Shown here one piece after another: positions 35,990-46,429 of a stretch of 64,000 nt of DNA. The position numbers and the translations under genes are program-made. Source of the DNA: Macrostomum lignano (lineage: Eukaryota); the NCBI GenBank assembly GCA_002269645.1, contig NIVC01001081.1, forward strand, positions 1 through 64,000. The letters run 5' to 3'. A model generated the notes under the pieces. It saw only the letters and a program-made list of their open reading frames with translations, was not told the origin of the DNA and made no database searches. Every line of letters begins with the position of its first letter. Position 1 is the first letter of the stretch.

Positions 35990-36975
35990 TCACTCTACCA
36001 CCCCTCACTCCGTCACCCCTCACCGTAACCCCTCACTCCGTCAGCCCTCACTCCGTCAGCCTTCACTCCGTCACCACTCACTCCGTCAGCCCTCGCTCCG
36101 TCAGCCCTCGCTCCGTCAGCCCTCACTCCGTCAGCCTTCACTCCGTCACCACTCACTCCGTCAGCCCTCGCTCCGTCAGCCCTCGCTCCGTCAGCCCTCA
36201 CTCCGTCAGTCCTCACTCCGTCAGCCTTCACTCCGTCAGCCCTCACTCCGTCAGCCTTCACTCCGTCACCCCTCACTCCGTCAGCCCTCACTCCGTCAAC
36301 CCTCACTCCGTCAGCCTTCACTCCGTCACCCCTCACTCCGTCAGCCCTCATCCGTCAGCCTTCACTCCGTCACCCCTCACTCCGTCACCCCTCACTCCGT
36401 CACCCCTCACTGTCGCCCCTCACTCCGTCAGCCTTCACTCCGTCAGCCCTCACTCCGTCACCCCTCACTCCGTCACCCCTCACTCCGTCAGCCTTCACTC
36501 CGTCACCCCTCACTCCGTCAGCCCTCACTCCGTCAGCCTTCACTCCGTCACCCCTCACTCCGTCAGCCCTCACTCCGTCACCCCTCACTCCGTCAGCCCT
36601 CACTCCGTCACCCCTCACTCCGTCAGCCCTCACTCCGTCACCCCTCACTCCGTCACCCCTCACTCCGTCAGCCCTCACTCCGTCAGCCCTCACTCCGTCA
36701 GCCCTCTCTCCGTCAGCCCTCACTCCGTCAGCCCTCTCTCCGTCAGCCCTCACTCCGTCAGCCCTCACTCCGTCAGCCCTCACTCCGTCAGCCCTCACTC
36801 CGTCAGCCCTCTCTCCGTCAGCCCTCACTCCGTCAGCCCTCTCTCCGTCAGCCCTCACTCCGTCACCCCTCACTCCGTCAGCCCTCACTCCGTCACCCCT
36901 CACTCCGTCAGCCCTCACTCCGTCACCCCTCACTCCGTCAGCCCTCACTGTCGCCCCTCACTGCACCCCGCACTC
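35990..36975. repeat. 15-bp minisatellite (CTCACTCCGTCAGCC/CACCC)n just upstream of Gemin5
   Basis: About 65 units; ends ~55 bp before the first ATG. Confidence 0.97.
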
Positions 36976-37030
36976 CGCCACAATCCATCTCAATCTCAGA
37001 TCAGCACGTGAATTTGCAGCCTCCCAATTG

Positions 37031-40000
37031 ATGATGATGGACAATTACCCAGTGGGCTCCAGCGCCATGCTGCCCTCTCTGATTGCGTCGCCGAATTACT
37101 ACGATAGCAGCGTTGCCTGCGTCCTTAGCAACGGCGTGGTGGCATTCGCTGCCAGGCAGAATGTCATTTACCTGGGCAGGGAGCTGCCCGACAATCCCCT
37201 GGCCTACCTGGGCTTCCTCCCAGCTCATCAGGTCAAGTGCAGCGGCCTCGCTGCCATCGATGACGCCAGCGCCGAGCTGGAGGAGGGCGAGCTGACGACT
37301 CAGTCCGTTAAATTCGCCTCCTGCGGCCTGGACGGTTTCGTTCGAGTCTGGGACTTCGCCGCCAGAAGCTGCCTGCGCGAGTTTAATCCGCAAAGTCTGG
37401 GATTGAAAGAGCCGCTGCCCAGCTGCCTGGCGGCTGCGGATGCCGCGGGTGGCGATGCTGCGGTGAGGCTGCTGGCTGTCGGCTGCGAGAGCGGCCACGT
37501 TGCGGTGCTGCGATGGCTGCCCGGGGCCGGCGGCGGCGGCGCTAACGGAGTTCAGTGCCGGCCGTTTGGCAAAGACCAGGGAGTCAACCAGGTCCGTGCA
37601 GCTGACTGGGCTTTTGAAGATTGGCTTGTGGCTGGGGTCTTTGTTGCGACCAGGACGGGTTTAAGGGGTTCCATTTTATGATTTCTTTAATTTCAGGACT
37701 GGGATTAAAACTGGGATTTTCGGGATCAGAGCTAACATTTCGGGGATCAGGACTGCGATTTTGGGGATCCGGACTGCGATTTTAGGGATCAGGACTGCGA
37801 TTTTGGAGGTGAAGACTGGATTTTTAGGGATCAGGACTGGGATTCTGGGAATTGGAACTGGGATTTTGGGGATCGAGACTGGGATTTTGGAGATCGGGAC
37901 TGGGATTTTGGGGATCGAGACTGGGATTTTGGGGATCGCGACTGGGATTTTGGGGTGAAGACTGGATTTTAAGGGATCAGGACTAGGATTTGGGACTCCG
38001 GACTTGGATTTTGGGGGATCAGGAGTGGGATTTTGGGGTATCAGGAGTGGGATTCTTAGGGATCAGGACTGGGATTTTGGAATCGGGACAGGAAATTCTA
38101 CTAGGAATTATTGAAAAATCAGTAACCAGAGCCTCAATCCGCCTCATCTCGCCTGCCAGGTGCTGTGGAAGCCGAACTCAGCCTCCACCCTAGCTTGCGC
38201 CGGTCGCAATGGCCAGGTCTGCGTGCTCAGTTTCAATCCGACAGCCTCCGCCTCATCCGGACTCACCGTGGCGCATCGGCTGGCCGCGCACACCGGGGAG
38301 GTGGTAAACCTGGCCTGGAACTGGGATGCCCAACCTGCCGGGGATGCCCAGCCGGACTTGGCCAGCGTTGGCCGCGATCGCCTGCTCAAGCTGTGGGGTT
38401 TGGGATCAGATGAGTCCGTTGTGTGCTCTGCTAGTGTTAAGGTAAGTGAATTGTGCGACTCTAAAGTCTTCTGTGTCTCTAGAGTCTCTCTCTGTATCTC
38501 TAGAGTCACCCTGTATCTCTAGAGTCACTCTCTGTATCTCTAGTCACTCTCCCCGCCCGCAGGTGCCCCCCAGCCTGGGCAAGAAGCGTGGCTGGGCCCA
38601 GTCAGACGACAGGCGGTACTGGTGCAGCCTTGCCTGGCCACGCGGGCAGCCCCTGCTGTTCAACACCCCCACGGGAGAGATTCTCAAGCGGGACCCCGGC
38701 GCCTCGGCCGGCTACTCAGCCCTGCTCACCGGCTCCTCGGCCGCTAAGCCTCCCCTGCACCGGATGATCTTCGCCATGGCAAGCCGCGGCGACCGGCTTT
38801 ACACCTTCGGCATCGACTGGTGGATCTGCGAGCTGAGCCTGGAGCCAAGCCCCGCCACCCTGCTCAGCTCTGTGCCCACCGCCTCCGGCTTTGCCCTGTG
38901 CGCCCAGCCCAGCCCCAGCAGCCCCGCCACCCTGGCCGCCGGCTTCGGCGACGGCTGCATCCGAGTCTGGCGCCGCGGCGCCGGCGCCGCCTCCGCCTAC
39001 GACGTGAGCCTTCACTGGCAGGGCATCAGCGGCCGGGTCAGCGCGGTGGCCTGGCACCCCAGCCAGGAGGGCCTGCTGGCATTCGGCACGGACGCTGGCC
39101 AGGTTGGCTGCGTGGACACCCTGCTGGCCGCCGGCCCGGCCGGAGGTGCCAAAGCTGTCCGCCTGTCGCCCAGCCATCACAAAGGCTGCGTGTACATCGT
39201 GCGCTGGGGCCCGCCGCCCCCGTCGACAACCGACAGTCCGGAGCAGGCGTCGGCGGCCGCAGTATACAGCGTCGGCAACTACCGGATCCTCGTGCACGAT
39301 CCGGCTATGTCGCAGCCGGCCACGGACGTCTCCCGCCAGCTGCCGGTCGGGCCGCCGCTGCCGCATCAGCAGCAGCAGCAGGCTGGAGGGCCGAAGAACC
39401 GCAACAGGAGCCGGACCGATGCTCAGTTCAACCCCGACTGCAGCCAGCTGGCCGTCGGTAACGAATCTGGGCTGGTTGAAATCTTTAATTGGTCGGCCAT
39501 GAGGTTGCGGGTTCGAGCCCTGTTCAGCCGGAAGATTGTCAACGCGCTGGCCTGGCACCCCGGCTATGCGGCAGAGTGCCGCGGCTGGCTGGCCATCGGC
39601 ACCAACAGCCCAACTGTCTTCGTGATGGACACCGGGGTCGGCAGCGACACCGCCTCCTGCGTTGACGTGTCCGAGCCTATGATCACCTTGAAGGTGAGGC
39701 CTTGAGCACACTTGAGATCTCCACTAGATCCCCACTTAAGCACACTTGAGATCTCCACTAGATCCCCACTTGAGCACACTTGATATCTCCACTAGAACCC
39801 CACTTGAGCACACTTGAGATCATCACTAGATCTCCACTTGAGCACACTTGAGATCATCACTAGATCCCCACTTGAGCACACTTGAGATCATCACTAGATC
39901 CCCACTTGAGCACACTTGAGATCATCACTAGATCCCCACTTGAGCACACTTGAGATCTCCACTAGATCCCCACTTGAGCACACTTGAAATCATCACTAGA

Positions 40001-42252
40001 TCCCCACTTGAGCACACTTGAGATCTCCACTAGATCCCCACTTGAGCATGCTGTTTCCAAATCGCGCTCTCCTCAGGGCCACCGGGACCGCATCACCTCG
40101 TTGTGCTGGAGCCCGCACACGCCGCACCACCTGCTGTCCGGCTCATTCGACGGCACCGCCCAGGTGTGGGACGTCCGCACCGGGGATCACCTGGCCAACT
40201 TTGCCGGTCACGCAGGCAAAGTCTACACGGTGCTTTGGTCAGCCAGCGACCCGGATGTGTGTCTGAGCGGCAGCGAAGATCACTGCCTGCTCGTCTGGCG
40301 AATCTCCCAGCTCGACAGGAAGTCGCCGCCCACCTCGGGCCGGCAGTACCGGCCGCCGCTGCCGCACGGAGTGCTGGCCAGGACCGCCGACGAGGCCGCT
40401 CTCGATGCCGACGTTGACGATGCTTCGACTGGGCATGAGGCCGCAGCAGCTGCGACCGCGGCCACTTTGAACACCAGCGTGGAGGACCTGGAGCTGGACG
40501 ACCTGCTGCGTCTGGTTGAACAGAAAAAACGGGAGCTGACGGTGAGGAGAATGCTTCTTCAGTAAATCCCTATTTGGGATCACAGGTTCAGTAAATCCCC
40601 ATTCCAAATGCAAATGATCCCAAATGCACATGATCCCAAATGCACATGATCCCCAATGTACATGATCCCCAATGTACATGATCCCCAATGTACATGATCC
40701 CCAATGTACATGATCCTTAATGCGCATGATTCACTAGTTCAGTAAATCGCCATTCGGGATCACAGGTTTAGTAAATCCCCTAAAGAATCCAATTTTATTT
40801 ATATCCCCTACCAGCTTCCCGAGTCGGCTTCATCGCACTGGCCATTCCCTCCCCGCAGGTCAAGGGCCAGCCGCCGCCTGCCGCCGCCCCCACGCAGTTC
40901 GTCCGCCGGCCCAGCGCCACCGAGAAGGAACCGGCCGCGTCCGCCTCCGCCGTCCCCGCCGACAACGAGGACCTGGCCGATGCTGCCGGCCCGGCCACCC
41001 TGGCCGACGTTGCCCTCCGTCGCGGAGTCGGCGCTGATCCGTCGCGCCGCCGTCCGGCGCTTTTTCCGCGCTCCGGACGCGCCGAGAACGCCCGCGCCGC
41101 GGCCAGCGCCGAAGACTTGCGCCTGGCGGATTTCGCCGCTTTGCTGGCGCTCCTGCGCGGCGATGCCGAAGTGGAAATGCCGGACAACCTCCTGGCGCTG
41201 CTGCCGCGGCCGCACGCGGCTCGACTGGCCGACCGAGAGCTGCGCCGACTGCTGCGGATCGGCCACCTGGACAATTACCTGCTGCTGCTGGTCTGGTCCG
41301 GCCGCCTGCAGCGCGCTGTCCAGGTAGATTAGACTGCTCAGTCAGTGTGCTCAAGTGGGGATCTAGCTCAGCCAGTGTGCTCAAGTGGGGATCTAGCTCA
41401 GCCAGTGTGCTCAAGTGGGGATCTAGCTCAGCCAGTGTGCTCAAGTGGGGATCTAGCTCAGCCAGTGTGCTCAAGTGGGGATCTAGCTCAGCCAGTGTGC
41501 TCAAGTGGGGATCTAGCTCAGCCAGTGTGCTCAAGTGGGGATCTAGCTCAGCCAGTGTGCTCAAGTGGGGATCTAGCTCAGCCAGTGTGCTCAAGTGGGG
41601 ATCTAGCTCAGCCAGTGTGCTCAAGTGGGGATCTAGCTCAGCCAGTGTGCTCAAGTGGGGATCTAGCTCAGCCAGTGTGCTCAAGTGGGGATCTAGCTCA
41701 GCCAGTGTGCTCAAGTGGGGATCTAGCTCAGCCAGTGTGCTCAAGTGGGGATCTAGCTCAGCCAGTGTGCTCAAGTGGGGATCTAGCTCAGCCAGTGTGC
41801 TCAAGTGGGGATCTAGCTCAGCCAGTGTGCTCAAGTGGGGATCTAGCTCAGCCAGTGTGCTCAAGTGGGGATCTAGCTCAGCCAGTGTGCTCAAGTGGGG
41901 ATCTAGCTCAGCCAGTGTGCTCAAGTGGGGATCTAGCTCAGCCAGTGTGCTCAAGTGGGGATCTAGCTTAGCCAGTGTGCTCACTAGAACCAATTTACTA
42001 TAAAATTCACAGGAAGCCACCGCCTCCGGCTTCCTGCCTGACTGGCTGGTGGCTGTCAGCTACTTGGCAGCCGCCGCCTCCCCTGATCTGGATGCCAGCG
42101 TCGCTGTGGCCAAGGCTGACGGACTGCGACGGTGCGGAGACGCTCACCTGGCCGCCACCTACCTGCTGGCCGCTCGGCGGACCGAGGCTGCCGTTGACTG
42201 CCTGCTGACTGCCGGCAAGGCTAGGGAGGTCTGTCTGTCTGTCTGTCTGCCC

Positions 42253-42290
<38 letters not shown>

Positions 42291-42291
42291 T

Positions 42292-42336
<45 letters not shown>

Positions 42337-43893
42337 GCCTGTCTGTCTGTCTCTCTGTCTGTCTGTCTCTCTGTCTGTCTGTCTCTCTGTCAGCCAGCAA
42401 ACCCGCTCCACCCGCCCGCAGGCCGTGCTGCTCAGCAACCTGCGCCTGCTCCCATCCGACCCGGTCCGCGCCCGCGCCCTGGACGCCTACGCCAAGTCGT
42501 GCGCCGAGGCCGGCCGTCACGAGCTGCGCGCCCAGCTGCTGCTGCTGCTGCAGAGGCCCGGCGAGGCTGTCGAAGCGCTGCTGCAGCGGCGCGGAAATTC
42601 CGCCTACCTGGCGGCCATGCAGGTAAGAAATTTTCTGGGAAATGCCAGCTTTGATGGGGAAAAATCGCAGTCTGCATGCTCCACCACCTGTTTGCCTGTC
42701 TGCAGGTGTGGCTTGCCCATGACGACTTGCCTGCGGCGCTGGGCATCGGCCTGGACTGGCTCTGCTCCGGCCTGCTGGACACCGGCGAGGCCGGCACCTG
42801 GCGGCGGCAGCTGCGCCGACTGTGCGGCGATCGCCGGCACCTGTGCCTGGAGGCGCTGCTGGACACCTTCGACCGGCTGCAGGCCCGGGTTCGCGTCAAC
42901 TGGAAACAGTTCGCTAGCGATGTAGCCGCTGCCTACGGATCGGATGAGCGGGCGGCTTTGCTAGGCCAGATTGAGCGGCTCAAGTGAGTCACGTGTGCTC
43001 TCCGGTATCTGGGGTTCGATCGATACATATCGGCCATGTAGAGTGTGATTTTTTTAGCTAGCAATCAATCCAGTTTTCGATACATATCGGCTATTTAGAG
43101 TGTGGATTATTTAGCTAGCAATCAATCCAGTTTTCGATACATATCGGCCATGTAGAGTGTGAATTATTTAGCTAGCAATCAATCCAGTTTTCGATACATA
43201 TCGGCTATTTAGAGTGTGGATTATTTAGGTAGCAATCAATCCAGTTTTCTATACATATCGGCTATGTAGAGTGTGGATTATTTAGCTAGCAATCAATCCA
43301 GTTTTCTATACATATCGGCTATATAGAGTGTGCTATTTTCAGCACTTTCAGCACGAAACATATCGGTTACTTAGCGGTGTTATCTTAGCTGCTATTGTTT
43401 CCGATACATATCGGCAATACTGTTTTGACTGAATCCATGATCATAAAAAACCCTCCACCTTAAAAATCCATCCAGACAGGGTCGCCAGCCGGCACTCAGC
43501 GCCGAGCAGAAGCTGCTGCACCTGTCCTTGGACACCAGCGAGATTCTGCTGCGACACTGCGACTCGTCAGACGCCGCCGCCGCCGCCCTGGCGCCCCTGC
43601 TGGCCAACCACGAGCGCCAAGTGCGTCTGGCCGAGCCCGACTCCACCTTCCCGGCCGGCGGCGCGCCGAACAGCAAATCGGGCGGCCGGGTTGGTGAGGA
43701 GCTCGTGGCCGCCCTCAGCTCGCATGCCGCTGCGGACCTGCCGCCGCCCGCGACCGGCGCAGCCAAGGGTGCCACGACCGGCCGGCTCAGTGCTGAAGAC
43801 CAGCCCGACGGCGAATCCTGCGGCGGCAGCAGCTGTCCCCCGACTGTCCCGCCCGCAGTTCCTGAGGACAAGGAGAATCTGCTTCCAGCTTGA
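37031..43893 (+). CDS. GEMIN5: Gem-associated protein 5 (WD40 snRNA-binding subunit of the SMN complex), 9 exons, ~1338 aa
   Basis: Exons 37031-37591, 38160-38441, 38563-39693, 40077-40541, 40859-41323, 42013-42228, 42422-42622, 42706-42983, 43476-43893. All introns GT-AG, frame continuous. Gemin5-like motifs: N-terminal [14 protein letters not shown]; [39 protein letters not shown]; TPR-like region [35 protein letters not shown]. Start may instead be the ATG at 37067. Confidence 0.9.
37695..38095. repeat. Gemin5 intron 1 minisatellite (~21 bp, GGGATCAGGACTGGGATTTT)
   Basis: Degenerate tandem units between donor 37592 and acceptor 38159. Confidence 0.85.
38465..38550. repeat. Gemin5 intron 2 short tandem (CTCTGTATCTCTAGAGTCA) x~4
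   Basis: Read directly. Confidence 0.8.
39703..40048. repeat. Gemin5 intron 3 minisatellite (34 bp, CTAGATCCCCACTTGAGCACACTTGAGATCTCCA) x~10
   Basis: Read directly. Confidence 0.95.
40605..40730. repeat. Gemin5 intron 4 minisatellite (16 bp, CATGATCCCCAATGTA), bracketed by a ~40-bp direct repeat
   Basis: Units at 40629, 40645, 40661, 40677; ttcagtaaatc...gggatcacaggtt.agtaaatcccc occurs on both sides. Confidence 0.85.
41343..41985. repeat. Gemin5 intron 5 minisatellite (30 bp, GCCAGTGTGCTCAAGTGGGGATCTAGCTCA) x~21
   Basis: Essentially perfect tandem. Confidence 0.98.
42229..42392. repeat. Gemin5 intron 6 (GTCT)n microsatellite
   Basis: Starts at the first base of the intron. Confidence 0.97.
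43015..43420. repeat. Gemin5 intron 8 minisatellite (57 bp; core TCGATACATATCGGC)
   Basis: Core at 43022, 43079, 43136 and onward. Confidence 0.9.
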
Positions 43894-44594
43894 TCCCGGT
43901 GGTCTGTTCTCAAACTTCAATAACAGGTTACTAATCCATATTCGTAGTAGTAGTATATTTATTATCTAAAATCTAACCGCCAATTTTTTTAGGTTACTAT
44001 CAGTAGTTTAAATGCTCATCAATAGTGTAATAATTTTGCTTGCGTAATAAAAATGTATTTTTCCTACTGGCTACTGGCAATGTTATTCAGTAGGATGGCG
44101 AGCATTTTATTCATTTATTGTTGCCGCTGCTCTTAGTTAGTTATCCTCATGCAACCATTATGATCATGTACCGCTTTTCATCTCAATAACTTGCGATTCG
44201 TCATTTGTTTCCAATTTTTATACTGCTATACTGCATAACATTGTGAAATTATTATTAGTCTAAATTGTCAGACCAGCCGTGCATTGTCCAGGGGCTTCTC
44301 TGGCATATCGATATGCTTTTAATAAACTAATCTATTTGTTTGGGCTCTTTCACCTCCAGCTGTTCGTTTCAGCGTGCGAAATTGACCTTTTTATTATTAT
44401 ATTGAACTATTTTTCTACTTACTTTTTTGTTACCCAAAAACTGACTTCTTATCGTACAATATAATGGCTAAATTTAGCTCTGCAACTAATTTAGTAATGT
44501 TTAATTTGTTATTTATAACCTGTTGTTGGTTCATTCTAAGAATTTATTGTTTAACTTCAAAATTTCAGAGGACAAAAAACCGCATTCTAGGAAT

Positions 44595-44930
44595 AGCCTA
44601 TATGTATCGAAAAGTATATATCCAATTGGAAATACATGTACACTCGGGCTCTGATCAGCCGAGCCGATATGTGTCGAAAAATGTATAATCAACTAGAAAT
44701 ACATGTACACTCGGGCTCTGATCAGCCGAGCCGATATGTGTCGAAAAATGTATAATCAACTAGAAATACATGTATACTCGGCTCTGAATGGCCGAACCGA
44801 TATGTATCGATAAAATGAATAACCAATTGGAAATACATACACACTCAGCTATGATCAGACGAGCCGATATGTATCGAAAAATGTACAGCCAAATAGAAAT
44901 ACACTATCAGCCGGTATGCATCGCAAACAT
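44595..44930. repeat. 67-bp minisatellite with core GCCGATATGTRTCGA (inverse of the intron 8 core)
   Basis: Units at ~44656 and ~44723, about 5 copies. Confidence 0.85.
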
Positions 44931-45814
44931 GTGACTTCCTACTTCCAGATTAAGACAATCAGTAATCTACGTTATATGATATTACACGTAATTTTAATGA
45001 AATTCGAAGGCATTGTCACAAACCCAATTCGAAATACTTGAGCAACAATTGGTGCGGCCTATAAATATAAATAGCCAGTTTATTTAAATACATTTATCAT
45101 TGCGGGAAGTTCAGCGCCAGCAACCAGCTATTTCCGTTGGAATCAAATTTATACGATACGACAATTATATTGCATTAATTATGTAAGTCACGTGATATGG
45201 ATTGTTCAGTTTGTCGCAGTTGACAGCGCATTAGAATTGTATTGCCATAAATCAGTGCAATAAATAAGAGACAAAAATCGGAAACACGCGCCTGCGTGAA
45301 CTGCTTTTTTGCTAAAACAAAAAACCTCTTCAAAAACCCAAAAAGCGAACTCAAAATCACTCAAGAGAATTAAAAACTGCACAGCGTTTCACCCTAGGCC
45401 TGTCCGGGAAGTGCAACAAATAAATGAGTATTGAACTACGGAACTTTTGATCATAAATAATCAAGCATAGATTAAACACAAGGCGTACACGATTACGTAA
45501 TCAAAGATTCAATTGTTAAAGCACATTAATGAAAAATTACTGCAGGCTAAATCAATTAGAACAGTAACACTGAAATGTCGCATAGTAGACTGTACGACAT
45601 TCATTACGACATTAGTACGACTAATAACTGGAAACCAGTCTATTGATCAGCTTACTTACAGTAGTATGCTTCCATCGCAATAAACAGGATCCGAGAGTCA
45701 AGTCACTGGCACAGACAGTGAATAGAATGTGACCTGCAGCAATGCTGTGACCAACTTGTTTTGTTCAACTGCTGGGCAACTGCGATTTTGACAAGGGGCG
45801 CCATGTTGGGGCTT

Positions 45815-46397
45815 GTCAAATTAGTCGTAATAGCAGATTTGTCAAAATGGCAGGTTTGTCAAAATGGCAGATTTGTCAAAATGGCAGATTTGTCAGAATG
45901 GCAGATTTGTCGGAATGGCAGATTTGTCAAAATGGCAGATTTGTCAGAATGGCAGATTTGTCAAAATGGCAGATTTGTCGGAATGGCAGATTTGTCAGAG
46001 TGGCAGATTTGTCAAAATGGCAGATTTGTCAAAATGGCAGATTTGTCAAAATGGCAGATTTTTCAAAATGGCAGATTTGTCAAAATGACAGATTTGTCAG
46101 AATGGCAGATTTGTCGGAATGGCAGATTTGTCAAAATGGCAGATTTGTCAGAATGGCAGATTTGTCAAAATGGCAGATTTGTCAAAATGGCAGATTTGTC
46201 AAAATGGCAGATTTGTCAGAGTGGCAGATTTGTCAAAATGGCAGATTTGTCAAAATGGCAGATTTGTCAAAATGGCAGATTTGTCAAAATGGCAGATTTG
46301 TCAAAATGGCAGATTTGTCAAAATGGCAGATTTGTCAAAATGGCAGATTTGTCAAAATGACAGATTTGTCAAAATGGCAGATTTGTCAAAATGGCAG
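45815..46397. repeat. 17-bp minisatellite (TTGTCAAAATGGCAGAT)n in or next to the ATP13A 3' UTR
   Basis: About 34 units; ends ~33 bp from the stop codon at 46430. Confidence 0.97.
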
Positions 46398-46429
46398 CTC
46401 AGCAGTCCCCTCCTTTCTCTCAGCGCTCT

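Noticed and set aside
38716-41274. Long antisense and alternative-frame ORFs over Gemin5 exons (and similarly over the ATPase and pol)
   Set aside because: Expected shadow ORFs of GC-rich coding sequence; no recognisable motifs.
40077-41323. Gemin5 exons 4 and 5 are both exactly 465 bp
   Set aside because: No sequence similarity between them; treated as coincidence.
37586-42712. Short direct repeats at intron ends (CCAG|GT, TGCAG|GT) suggesting introner-type TSDs
   Set aside because: Explained by the ordinary (C)AG|G splice-site consensus; no shared TIRs between introns.
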